Translations under genes and position numbers: made by a program
Shown here: positions 47,838 through 57,034 of the stretch, one piece after another
Layout of the letters: each line of letters opens with the position of its first letter
How positions within the stretch are numbered: the first letter of the stretch is position 1
Notes under the pieces: model-generated
What the model was told of the DNA's origin: nothing
Seen by the model: only the letters and a program-made list of their open reading frames with translations
Databases searched by the model: none
Source of the DNA: Nitrososphaeria archaeon
Lineage (GTDB): Archaea; Thermoproteota; Nitrososphaeria; Nitrososphaerales; JAAOZN01
Direction of reading: 5' to 3'
Assembly (NCBI GenBank): GCA_029775855.1
Contig: JARVJZ010000001.1
Location: 32,001 to 96,000 of the forward strand
Length of the DNA: 64,000 nt

Positions 47838-49226
47838 GTGAATTTGCGCCTACGGTTTGTAGCGTTAGCGGTGCTGATCTTTCTCATATTTTCTCTCAAC
47901 CTCGTGCTGGAACTCGACTTCAAGCAAACGATCTCACTTGTAGTCTTCATGGGCTTTATCTTTGGCACGCTCTTGTATTGGAGGTTTAGGCTGGCATTCG
48001 CTCTTACTGGTATTGTCATATTACTTGTTTTGGGTTTGATAGATGTGCCTACTTTGGTAGATTTCTCAGGTTTAGATATAATCCTCTTTCTTATGGGTAT
48101 GATGATAGTTATAGGTTTTCTTGAGGAAAGACGATTTTTTGAGTATTTAGTTGATAAGATAACAACTTTAGCTGGTACATCTGGGATTAGACTTGTAGTA
48201 GTCATGATGATCTTATCTGCTTTTTTTGCTGCGCTTGTAGACGAGGTTACTTCAATACTGTTCATGGCAGCATCCATGATACACTTGACTCTGCGTGTTA
48301 AAATGAATCCTGTGCCGTTTATAATTATGCTGGTCTTTGCTACAAACATCGGGAGTAGTGCTACGGTGGTAGGTAACCCTGTGGGTGTGCTAGTTGCTTT
48401 ACGTGGTGGATTGACTTTTGCGGACTTTCTGCGTTGGGCAACACCTATCTCAATCGGCGCTCTAGTAATTGCAATACCTCTATCAACTTTCTATTATAGA
48501 AAGGAAATAAAGATGCTTGATGAACGCCTAAAACTTTCTGTAGAGAGCAAAGTTAAAAGTTACGATAAGGCACATCCGCAATCTAAAGAGCTTTGGTTAT
48601 CCGCCTTACTATTTATCGGAACCATTACTGCCCTCATACTACATAATCAGATAGAGGTTGTCCTCCACTTAAAGAAGAACACAATGTTGGTGGGTACGGC
48701 TCTTGCTGCCGCAGCTATAGCGCTTTTTATAGACCGAGAAAGAGCAAGGCAGCTCGTTGAAAGGAGAGTTGATTGGTGGACTCTTGCCTTCTTCCTCCTA
48801 CTATTCGCCTCGGTAGGCACCCTTAACTATGTTGGTGTTGATAACAGGATAGCAAGTAAGATGATTGCCCTTCCTCTAGAAGAAACTAGTCTCCTAACAC
48901 TTTTTACAGCTCTAGCTAGTTTGATGAGCGCATTTATGGATAATGTGTTAGCGGTTGCAACACTACTTCCAATAGTAGATGAATTAGGTGGCCTTGGGAT
49001 AAACAGTCAACCATTCTACTGGGGCGCGTTATTTGCAGGCACATTCTTCGGAAACCTCACTTTAATAGGAAGCACAGCGAACATTGTGGCAATAGGAATC
49101 CTTGAAAGGAGGGAACTCGGACACATCACTTTAAAGGAGTGGATCAAACCGGGAGCGCTTGTTTCAGTGCCTACACTCGCGGTAGCTCTGCTCCTTATAA
49201 TTATTCAGATTCCACTTATGACATAG
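47838..49226 (+). CDS. ArsB/NhaD/SLC13 (IT-superfamily) ion transporter
   Basis: VDEVT, ATNIGSSATVVGNP, SAFMDNV, GNLTLIGSTANIV; strong SD GGAGGAGGTG. Confidence 0.85.
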   Translation: MNLRLRFVALAVLIFLIFSLNLVLELDFKQTISLVVFMGFIFGTLLYWRFRLAFALTGIVILLVLGLIDVPTLVDFSGLDIILFLMGMMIVIGFLEERRFFEYLVDKITTLAGTSGIRLVVVMMILSAFFAALVDEVTSILFMAASMIHLTLRVKMNPVPFIIMLVFATNIGSSATVVGNPVGVLVALRGGLTFADFLRWATPISIGALVIAIPLSTFYYRKEIKMLDERLKLSVESKVKSYDKAHPQSKELWLSALLFIGTITALILHNQIEVVLHLKKNTMLVGTALAAAAIALFIDRERARQLVERRVDWWTLAFFLLLFASVGTLNYVGVDNRIASKMIALPLEETSLLTLFTALASLMSAFMDNVLAVATLLPIVDELGGLGINSQPFYWGALFAGTFFGNLTLIGSTANIVAIGILERRELGHITLKEWIKPGALVSVPTLAVALLLIIIQIPLMT

Positions 49227-49234
49227 TTGCCTCT

Positions 49235-49672
49235 TTAGTCTGATGTAGGTTTGCTGCATATAAAGAGGTGTTTGTCATCCTTGCCCATCCACACCTCGTA
49301 ATGGTTCTCAAGCAGCAACTCAATAACTGAGCTCCATGGGAATTTGTATTTATCTGTGATTACTATTCGATATCCACCGTATTGGAGTGTTACTTCTGCT
49401 GTTTCACCTATATGCTCTTTGAGTTTGGTTTCGAGGTCGCGGTAAGGTGCTTGTATTTCAGAGATTTGTCGTTTTGCAGCTTCAAGCTCTTCTTTGTACC
49501 TCGCTAGGGTTGTCTCGAGTTGTGTAATCTTCTGTTTAAGGAGTTGTGTCTCTTTTCTTGACTCTGTTTCAGCTAACTTTGCCTCCAATTCTTTTATGCG
49601 TGCTTCGAGCTGCTGCACTTTAGTCTTATCCACAGAATCTTCGCTCAACTGGTTCATTCTACATTTGGGCAT
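49235..49672 (-). CDS. Hypothetical protein: long coiled coil plus small C-terminal alpha/beta domain
   Basis: Heptad-rich E/K/L N-terminal ~85 aa; GGAG SD directly upstream. Confidence 0.65.
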   Translation of the reverse strand: MPKCRMNQLSEDSVDKTKVQQLEARIKELEAKLAETESRKETQLLKQKITQLETTLARYKEELEAAKRQISEIQAPYRDLETKLKEHIGETAEVTLQYGGYRIVITDKYKFPWSSVIELLLENHYEVWMGKDDKHLFICSKPTSD

Positions 49673-49890
49673 CTCCTTTATATTCTTTATCGAGGAGTAA
49701 AGAGGTATGCATAGATGATAAAATAAGTTTATCCTGTTGATTAGGTAATATGAATTATAGCTCGTTTTGGCCTAATTTTCCTATTTTATTGGATAGTCAA
49801 CTAAGAAATGATCTTCGAAGTATTATATCATATAGATTTGGGGAAGTTTGGTTAGGTAACTCTGAGATTTTACTACATGTTTTCTGTCTG

Positions 49891-50055
49891 CTAACCTTTT
49901 AGTTCTTTTAGATGTGTTTCTACGGCGGCTATCTCTTTCTTTAATTCATCTAAATATTCTTCAAGTTCTTTTATATGCTCCTCTTTTGTTAAGAAGCGTC
50001 TGAACCTTCGATGGTGGTGACCATGTTCACATCCACAACTACAGCAACAACACAT
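49891..50055 (-). CDS. 54-aa Cys/His-rich mini-protein with C-terminal coiled coil (below the ORF-track length cut-off)
   Basis: Hand translation MCCCCSCGCEHGHHHRRFRRFLTKEEHIKELEEYLDELKKEIAAVETHLKELKG*; SD GGTGAG 9 nt upstream; TTTAAATA TATA-like element near 50096-50104 on the minus strand. Confidence 0.8.
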   Translation of the reverse strand: MCCCCSCGCEHGHHHRRFRRFLTKEEHIKELEEYLDELKKEIAAVETHLKELKG

Positions 50056-50180
50056 TTCTACTAACTCACCTCTAGAATCGTATATACATTGAGAAATATT
50101 TAAACAGTATTGCCCTTATCAATTTTGCTCTTGAATAAATAAACTTAAATATGTTGTTAGCGTCAAAAAGGTTGAGAGAT

Positions 50181-51248
50181 ATGGCTGGGCTTCCGTGGTT
50201 GACAAGGTTCCTTACGCTTTGGATATTCTTGGCGATGATAATCGGTATAGGTCTTGGCTATGTTTTCCCTCACATTTCAGACGCTATTGGATCATTTAGC
50301 ATAGGAACAACTTCTATCCCTATAGCAATAGGTTTGATTTGGATGATGTATCCACCTTTAGCCAAGGTTAGGTATGAGGATCTAAGAAAGATAGTTACAG
50401 CTAGGGGCTCTAAGAGTATGCTGACACTTTCGCTGATTCAGAACTGGCTTGTAGGCCCTCTTTTGATGTTTATCCTAGCTTGGGTCTTTCTCGCTGATTA
50501 CCCAGCTTTTAGAAATGGAGTAATTATTGTGGGGTTGGCTAGGTGCATAGCGATGGTTATTGTGTGGAACAGTCTTGCAGATGGAGATAATGAGTGGGCG
50601 GCTATCCTTGTAGCACTAAATTCTGTATTTCAGATAGCGATGTATTCCGTCCTAGCCTACTTCTACATAACTCTGGTTTCTTCATGGATCTCAGGCGAAG
50701 GATATGTTGTTGAAATATCTTTGATAGAAGTGGCTCAGTCAGTTGCTGTTTACTTAGGTATCCCATTCTTCGGAGGAATAGCAACTCGATTTTATCTTCT
50801 GAAAAAGAAGGGTAGAGAATGGTATGATAATGTGTTTATGCCGAGGCTCAGCCCTACCTCCCTCTTTGCTCTCCTCTTTACCATCATCATTATGTTCTCA
50901 CTTAAAGGCGAGTATATTGTTGCGCTACCATTTGATGTAGCTATAGTTGCTACACCTCTTCTTGCATACTTCACGCTAATGTTCTTCATATCCTTCGCTT
51001 TAGGGTACTTTTCTAAGCTTGATTATAGACGAACTACTTCGCTCGCCTTCACAGCGGCAAGTAATAATTTTGAATTGGCTATTGCTGTTGCAGTTTCAGT
51101 CTTCGGCTTAGCCTCACAGGAAGCGTTTGCTACTGTGATAGGTCCTCTTATTGAGGTTCCTGTTATGATAAGTCTTGTGAATGTGGCTATCTGGCTTAGG
51201 AAAAAGATCTATCTATCTAAGGAGGCTGCTTCAATAAGGGTTGTTTGA
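50181..51248 (+). CDS. acr3: ACR3-family arsenite/antimonite efflux pump
   Basis: WIFLAM, MMYPPLAKV, QNWLVGP, GLARCIAMV, SNNFELAIAVA, GPLIEVPV; start refined to ATG50181. Confidence 0.95.
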   Translation: MAGLPWLTRFLTLWIFLAMIIGIGLGYVFPHISDAIGSFSIGTTSIPIAIGLIWMMYPPLAKVRYEDLRKIVTARGSKSMLTLSLIQNWLVGPLLMFILAWVFLADYPAFRNGVIIVGLARCIAMVIVWNSLADGDNEWAAILVALNSVFQIAMYSVLAYFYITLVSSWISGEGYVVEISLIEVAQSVAVYLGIPFFGGIATRFYLLKKKGREWYDNVFMPRLSPTSLFALLFTIIIMFSLKGEYIVALPFDVAIVATPLLAYFTLMFFISFALGYFSKLDYRRTTSLAFTAASNNFELAIAVAVSVFGLASQEAFATVIGPLIEVPVMISLVNVAIWLRKKIYLSKEAASIRVV

Positions 51249-51263
51249 GCTTAATCTTTATAG

Positions 51264-52019
51264 TTAAAGTTCTCCTATCTTCGGAAACTTTTTGGTTGCT
51301 ACACCCGCCTCTATGACATACGGTTCGGCTTCGCTTAGATCTAATGTGTGAAGGATTGGTGAGAGCATCTTATCCGCTGGCACTTCGTTGAAGTCTGAGC
51401 CGTAGGCTAAGGGTGATACTGAGGGTAATATGATGTATCTGCTGCTTTCGGTCTTAAGGTGTATTAGTGCTTTGAATCTATGCTTTACGCCCACATCATC
51501 TTTAAGTGTTATGGCTGGGTGCTCGTGTCCTAAGATCACCTCTTTAAGCAGTCTATATTCTATCATCTTATGGCCGTGTGTTAATGTTATGCTACCTACT
51601 TTGAGGTGTGTGTTGTGTAGTGGTATCTTCAGATCCTTTAAAACTTTGATTATGTAGTTGTCGTGGTTTCCTCTTACGACTTCTACGGTTAGGTTGTTTT
51701 CTCTTATTTTAGTTATGAGTTTCTTTACGCCGAACCATTCGGGTTCTGTTACTGGTCCGAATTCGTGCTTTATGTCGCCAAGTAGTATTATGCCTCTGCA
51801 CCCTAGATCTTTGGCGGGTTTAATTATGTGCTTAATTATTATAGGTAGGATTGATGTGGGTATGTGTATTCCTTTTGCTTCCGCTTCATCCTCAAGTCCT
51901 ATATGTAGGTCTGCTGCTACAAGTAAGCCTTCTTTCTCTAAGAGGATTGCTGGGTAAGGTGATGCTATTGAAATTCTGCGAGTGATCTTTATTGTCTCAG
52001 CGACGGGCTCTACCTTCAA
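51264..52019 (-). CDS. Lhr-associated metallophosphoesterase (MPE nuclease)
   Basis: ADLHIG, LGDIKH, RGNHD, THGH, GHEHP; overlaps the lhr 3' end. Confidence 0.9.
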   Translation of the reverse strand: MKVEPVAETIKITRRISIASPYPAILLEKEGLLVAADLHIGLEDEAEAKGIHIPTSILPIIIKHIIKPAKDLGCRGIILLGDIKHEFGPVTEPEWFGVKKLITKIRENNLTVEVVRGNHDNYIIKVLKDLKIPLHNTHLKVGSITLTHGHKMIEYRLLKEVILGHEHPAITLKDDVGVKHRFKALIHLKTESSRYIILPSVSPLAYGSDFNEVPADKMLSPILHTLDLSEAEPYVIEAGVATKKFPKIGEL

Positions 52020-54648
52020 GTCTTTTCTCCTTTATCCGTCTTAAAACGCTATCGTATAGCGCTTCAAGTAGCGCTTTCTTATCCTCCATGAGAACAACAT
52101 CGCTGTAGCCTAGCAGTATAAGGTCGTGGGTGAATGGAGAAGGTAGATCTGAGGATGGTGCGATAATATATCTTCTTTCACCCAAGTATATTTCACCCAG
52201 AACCTCTTCAGCCGTCTTCACATCCATAACATCTTCAAGCACCTCTCTATATGCTTCCTCTACAACAGGGAAACCCTCCAACTCATCACATAATTTAAAG
52301 AGTATTTGTGAGTTGGTCTGCTGCTTTGCGACAGTTATCTCATGTCCCTTATAGTTGCGTAGAACCATTAAAGATCTGGTAGCACAATGCCTAAACCTCC
52401 TTCTAATAAGCTCCGTATTTCTTATTGATGAGATAAGTAGGCTTCGTAAGTTCTCTTTACCGACTTGCTTCACTAACCAATGTGGATCCACACGCTTACC
52501 CCTAGGTAGTGTTAGCATAAAGCCTGAATCACTTACGGTGAGCATAATGTTAGCTTTGAGGTTGAGTGCGAGTATGTGCGCATACGCTCTTGAAAGTGCA
52601 TCGTTTACTCTTCTTCCGAAGGTTGCGTTGAATATTATATTCTGCCTTCCTTCGTTGTCTAAGTAGTCTTCAACTAAGAGGTTTTTATTGCTCGGCATCT
52701 CTGTTATGCCTAGTGTGGTTAGGAAGTCGTATTCTGCTTTCATGTAGCCTAGAATAGCTTTTGCTGCATTTAGTGTGCATTTGTAATCTTGCATAACCCA
52801 ATTTATAATTTCGTTTTTCGCGACTCTTTCTTTCAGTTTGCGGAACATTTCACCTCTGAATCTACCTATTGCTTCTCCTAGATCGAAGCTGAGTGGCAGC
52901 ATTTCGCTAAACCATGTTGGCACAGTTGGCTTTCCCTCCTTTATTGGTTTGACATATGCTTTTGCGCCTTTTGAATACCTGTATTCATAGAGTCTTCCTC
53001 CTAGTATGAATATGTCTCCTTTTGTAAGACGCTCTAGGAATTCTTCTTCTATTGAGCCTACCCATCTGCCCTCTACTGTGTAGACTTTTATCGCTACTTC
53101 ATCTGGTATTGTTCCTATGTTTGTTGCGTAGATAACCCTTAGAAGTGCCCCTCTTCTACCAAATGTTCCTTCATCTTCATCATACCATATCTTGCCGTAT
53201 ACTCTGAAGTTTTCTAAACTCTTGTATCCGCCGCTTAGATACTTGAGCAGCCTCTTCATTTGGTCTAATGTAAGGTCTCTGTAGCAGTAGCTTCTGGTTA
53301 AGACCTTATACGCCTCATCTATGTGCCACTTCTTTTCTATTGCCATACCAACGATGTGCTGAGCCAAAACATCGAGCGGCGCCTTAGGTATGTAGACTCT
53401 ATCTAGCCTACCCTTTGACGCTTCAGCTGCGAGCACGGCGTCTTCAACTAAATCATCTCGTTCAAGAGGTATTAACACTCCTTCTGAAACTTTGTTTAAT
53501 GCATGCCCAGATCTGCCTATCCGCTGTAAGCATCTGGAGATGGATTTTGGAGAGCCTATCTGCACAACAAGATCTATGCTTCCTATGTCTATCCCCAGCT
53601 CTAAGCTTGTGCTTGTCACTACAGCCCTCATAACACCCTCTTTTAGTTTGTCTTCGACCTCCTTTCTGATTTCTCTTGAGAGGCTGCTGTGGTGAGCGGC
53701 TAATTCATCAGCATCTACAACATTTAGCTTGGAGAGGTGGTATACAACTCTCTCTGTGCCCGACCTAGTGTTTGTAAATATCAGTGTAGTCTTATGCCTT
53801 CTAACCAGATTCTTTATCACCTTATACGTCCTTGAGGTAACATAGTTTGCTGAGGTATGAACTAGGTCAGCTACTGGCAAGTCTACTGTCAGTTTGGTGG
53901 GCTTAACGAACCTTGTATCAGCTATAACGCAGTCTCTTAGGGCGCCGTTTTCAAACCCTACTAGAAACTTAGCTACCTCTTCAAGCGGATGAATAGTGGC
54001 TGATAAACCTATGCGTGTAAAGTTTTCCGTGCAGAGTTCTTGCAGCCTTTCTAGTGATAATGTTAGGTGCACCCCCCGCTTCGAGCTGCATAACTCGTGT
54101 ATCTCATCTACAATAACCCATTTCACAGATCTCAACTTCTCGCGAAATTTTGGGGCACATAAAATTATGGCAAGGCTCTCGGGCGTCGTTATCAATATAT
54201 GTGGAGGCTTCCTAAGCATCTTAGCCCTCTCAGAAGAAGGTGTATCCCCAGTTCTAACAGCTACCCTAATTTCAGGAAGCCCCTTGTCTAATCCCTTTAT
54301 CTTAGCAGCCCTCTGTATGCCCTTTAGTGTTGAGTTAAGGTTCTTTTCTATGTCGTTATTCAGAGATCTGAGTGGCGACACATATATTGCATAGACTGCG
54401 TCCTCTAAGAGTCCTCTCTTTCCCATGCTCAGCAACTCATTGATAATAGATAGAAAGACCGCTAATGTCTTACCTGAGCCTGTAGGTGCTGCAATAAGTG
54501 TATTTTCGTGATTCTGGATAGATCTTATAGCGTAGACTTGGGGTGGTGTTAGAGAGCCGAATGTTGTAAAGAACCAGCTCGAAACTTCAGGCTCAAGAAG
54601 GTTAGCTACTTCAGACTCTGAGATCGCCCTAGCCACAGTGATAGCCAA
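51997..54648 (-). CDS. lhr: Lhr-family SF2 helicase (Lhr-core)
   Basis: APTGSGKT, SPLRSL, RTGDT, TTPESL, DEIH, LSAT, HHSSL, LELGID, QRIGRSGH. Confidence 0.95.
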   Translation of the reverse strand: MAITVARAISESEVANLLEPEVSSWFFTTFGSLTPPQVYAIRSIQNHENTLIAAPTGSGKTLAVFLSIINELLSMGKRGLLEDAVYAIYVSPLRSLNNDIEKNLNSTLKGIQRAAKIKGLDKGLPEIRVAVRTGDTPSSERAKMLRKPPHILITTPESLAIILCAPKFREKLRSVKWVIVDEIHELCSSKRGVHLTLSLERLQELCTENFTRIGLSATIHPLEEVAKFLVGFENGALRDCVIADTRFVKPTKLTVDLPVADLVHTSANYVTSRTYKVIKNLVRRHKTTLIFTNTRSGTERVVYHLSKLNVVDADELAAHHSSLSREIRKEVEDKLKEGVMRAVVTSTSLELGIDIGSIDLVVQIGSPKSISRCLQRIGRSGHALNKVSEGVLIPLERDDLVEDAVLAAEASKGRLDRVYIPKAPLDVLAQHIVGMAIEKKWHIDEAYKVLTRSYCYRDLTLDQMKRLLKYLSGGYKSLENFRVYGKIWYDEDEGTFGRRGALLRVIYATNIGTIPDEVAIKVYTVEGRWVGSIEEEFLERLTKGDIFILGGRLYEYRYSKGAKAYVKPIKEGKPTVPTWFSEMLPLSFDLGEAIGRFRGEMFRKLKERVAKNEIINWVMQDYKCTLNAAKAILGYMKAEYDFLTTLGITEMPSNKNLLVEDYLDNEGRQNIIFNATFGRRVNDALSRAYAHILALNLKANIMLTVSDSGFMLTLPRGKRVDPHWLVKQVGKENLRSLLISSIRNTELIRRRFRHCATRSLMVLRNYKGHEITVAKQQTNSQILFKLCDELEGFPVVEEAYREVLEDVMDVKTAEEVLGEIYLGERRYIIAPSSDLPSPFTHDLILLGYSDVVLMEDKKALLEALYDSVLRRIKEKRLEGRARR

Positions 54649-54714
54649 AGTTTCTTCTTCTAAAAGATTAATAGAATCGGCTTCCTAAAAGCATTACAGC
54701 TTTTCAATGAGTTG

Positions 54715-55731
54715 CTACTCATCAACATATCTACTTATACTCTCTTGTATAGGTGAAAGAGGTTTCGCATCGAACCCCTCTTTACATAGATATCCAGCGA
54801 ACTCTGAGGCGAAGCCGTGAAATGTGTAAATCACCTCGGGAGAGCATCTTCGAACAACCTCCATAAGCTCGTTGAAGTCACAGTGGTCACTCATCGGAAG
54901 GGCATAGTCTACACCCATAGCGTATTTGAAACTAGGGTCAGTAGCCCAGCCTGAGAAGGCTACCGTGACTGCGCCATATTTCTTTCTAAGATTGGATATA
55001 AATGCGCTACGCCCACTATACATTGGTGATATAAGCACCCAAGGCTTTCTCTCAAGCATATTCTTTTCTTGAGCTTCTTGATATGTTTTAATCTCTTTAT
55101 CCAACTCTAACCCAAGTTTTACGCAAGTTGAGTTTATTTTTGCAACCAAGCCGTGTTGATATAAAGGCTTCCAAGATGAGAAGATGCTGGTTAAGACTTG
55201 AGCTTTACCAAGCGGGTAGCCCATGAGAATTACGGGTCTGCCATATGAGAACTGCTCGGATATGATCCTATGCGCTCTATCAATTATCTCCTCGGTTGAA
55301 GGGAATCTATATCCTTCTTTACCATATGTGCTCTCGATTATGAGTATCTTACATCTCGGTGTCTCCCCTTCTTGAAGAAATGCTCTACTCCTAAGTGAAA
55401 AGTCTCCAGTATAGTAAATTTCGTCTTTAATAAGCAGGCTTCGTGAGCCAAATATATGTCCAGAATTAAGCATTTTAAGTCCTTCAACCTCAAAGACTGG
55501 GTTTCGAATAACCTTACCACGGATAGCAGCTAAAGAAATCGTCTCCTTAGAAGCTAAGACCTTATGGTGCTCTGATTCAAGAAGATGGTCATAATGCGCA
55601 TGCGATACAAATATCAAAGAATCCTTTCTTGGTTTTGAAGGGTCAAGAGCTAACTTTAGGTCGCCGTATTCAACAAATATGCCTTCGGCTGCTCTGACGC
55701 GTATTTGCTTCAAAGTCAACACCTTAAACAA
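54715..55731 (-). CDS. MBL/beta-CASP-fold exonuclease (ligase-associated DNA-repair type)
   Basis: SHAHYDH, SGHIFGS, YTGDF, IESTYG, LGKAQ, SGWA, SDHCDF, FHG. Confidence 0.85.
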   Translation of the reverse strand: MFKVLTLKQIRVRAAEGIFVEYGDLKLALDPSKPRKDSLIFVSHAHYDHLLESEHHKVLASKETISLAAIRGKVIRNPVFEVEGLKMLNSGHIFGSRSLLIKDEIYYTGDFSLRSRAFLQEGETPRCKILIIESTYGKEGYRFPSTEEIIDRAHRIISEQFSYGRPVILMGYPLGKAQVLTSIFSSWKPLYQHGLVAKINSTCVKLGLELDKEIKTYQEAQEKNMLERKPWVLISPMYSGRSAFISNLRKKYGAVTVAFSGWATDPSFKYAMGVDYALPMSDHCDFNELMEVVRRCSPEVIYTFHGFASEFAGYLCKEGFDAKPLSPIQESISRYVDE

Positions 55732-55816
55732 AGAGTTAAGGGTATCGTCCCCTATTTAGGACATACGCTGCCATCAAGCTACATTTAAAAGTCTATGCTA
55801 ACAAAATTAAGTTGAT

Positions 55817-57034
55817 ATGGCTCTAAAACTTGGACTTATAGGTAAAACAAACACAGGCAAGACAACCTTCTTTAACGCAGCAACACTCCTATCTGGAGAA
55901 GTCTCCACATACCCATTCACAACCAAAGCACCGTACAAAGGTACAGCCTCAGCGGTAACCTTATGCGTCCACAAAGAGTTCAGAGTAAAAGATAACCCAG
56001 TAAACTCCAGATGCATAGAAGGATGGAGGCATATACCAATCGACCTAATCGATCTACCCGGCTTAATAAAAGGCGCATCAGCAGGTAAAGGCTTAGGTTT
56101 CCAGTTCCTCAGCCACGCAGCCCAATCTGATGCACTGCTTCACATCGTTGATACTTCTGGAAGCGTGGATGCCGAAGGACGCATAACCGAACCTGGAGTT
56201 GGTGATCCTGTGGCTGATATAGGTGATATAGAGGAAGAGTTAGTTCTATGGTACCTAAGGCTCTTACAAAATAATGCTGACAAGATAGCTCGAAGTGTTA
56301 AGGGTGGAGAGACACTTGAATCAGCCATGAGAGCTGTCTTTAGCGGGATAGGTGTAAAAGAGCATCATGTGAAGATGGCTTTAGAGGAATCTAAGCTCGC
56401 AGGTAAGGACTTTGAAAACTGGTCTGACGAAGAATCTAAGCAGTTCTGCTGGGCGCTTAGAGATATATCTAAACCAACATTAATCGTAGCAAACAAGATG
56501 GATTTAAAGACAGCACCAGAGAACTTTAAGCGCATACAAGAAGCCTACCCAGACTTGATTGTTGTTCCAGCGAGCGCTGAAGCTGAATTGATTTTAAGAA
56601 GGGCAAGCGAAAAAGGTCTTATAGAGTATGTGCCAGGAGAAGAACGCTTCAAGATAATCGACTCCATCAATTTGAACGAAAAGCAAAGATGGGCACTAAA
56701 CTTCATCAAGAAAACAATTCTTGGCCAATTCATGAGAACAGGTGTTCAATTCGCAATAAATGTAGCGGTCTTTAAGCTTCTCCGGATGAACACAGTCTAT
56801 CCTGTTTATGACTACAATAAGTTATCAGATAAGCACGGAAACATCTTACCTGATGTACTACTTATGCCCTCAGGCTCAACTGTAAAGGATTTAGCAAAAA
56901 ATATACATACCGAGCTTGAAAAGGGTCTATTATACGCCATAGACGCTAGGACCGGTCTTAGGCTGCCTGTTGACTACGAGCTCAAAGACCGGGATGTCCT
57001 CTCAATAGTCTCAGCGAGCAGACTAAAGGGTTAG
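55817..57034 (+). CDS. ychF: YchF/OBG-family ATPase with TGS domain
   Basis: GKTNTGKTT, YPFTT, DLPGL, ANKMD, C-terminal TGS (IHTEL, DART). Confidence 0.9.
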   Translation: MALKLGLIGKTNTGKTTFFNAATLLSGEVSTYPFTTKAPYKGTASAVTLCVHKEFRVKDNPVNSRCIEGWRHIPIDLIDLPGLIKGASAGKGLGFQFLSHAAQSDALLHIVDTSGSVDAEGRITEPGVGDPVADIGDIEEELVLWYLRLLQNNADKIARSVKGGETLESAMRAVFSGIGVKEHHVKMALEESKLAGKDFENWSDEESKQFCWALRDISKPTLIVANKMDLKTAPENFKRIQEAYPDLIVVPASAEAELILRRASEKGLIEYVPGEERFKIIDSINLNEKQRWALNFIKKTILGQFMRTGVQFAINVAVFKLLRMNTVYPVYDYNKLSDKHGNILPDVLLMPSGSTVKDLAKNIHTELEKGLLYAIDARTGLRLPVDYELKDRDVLSIVSASRLKG

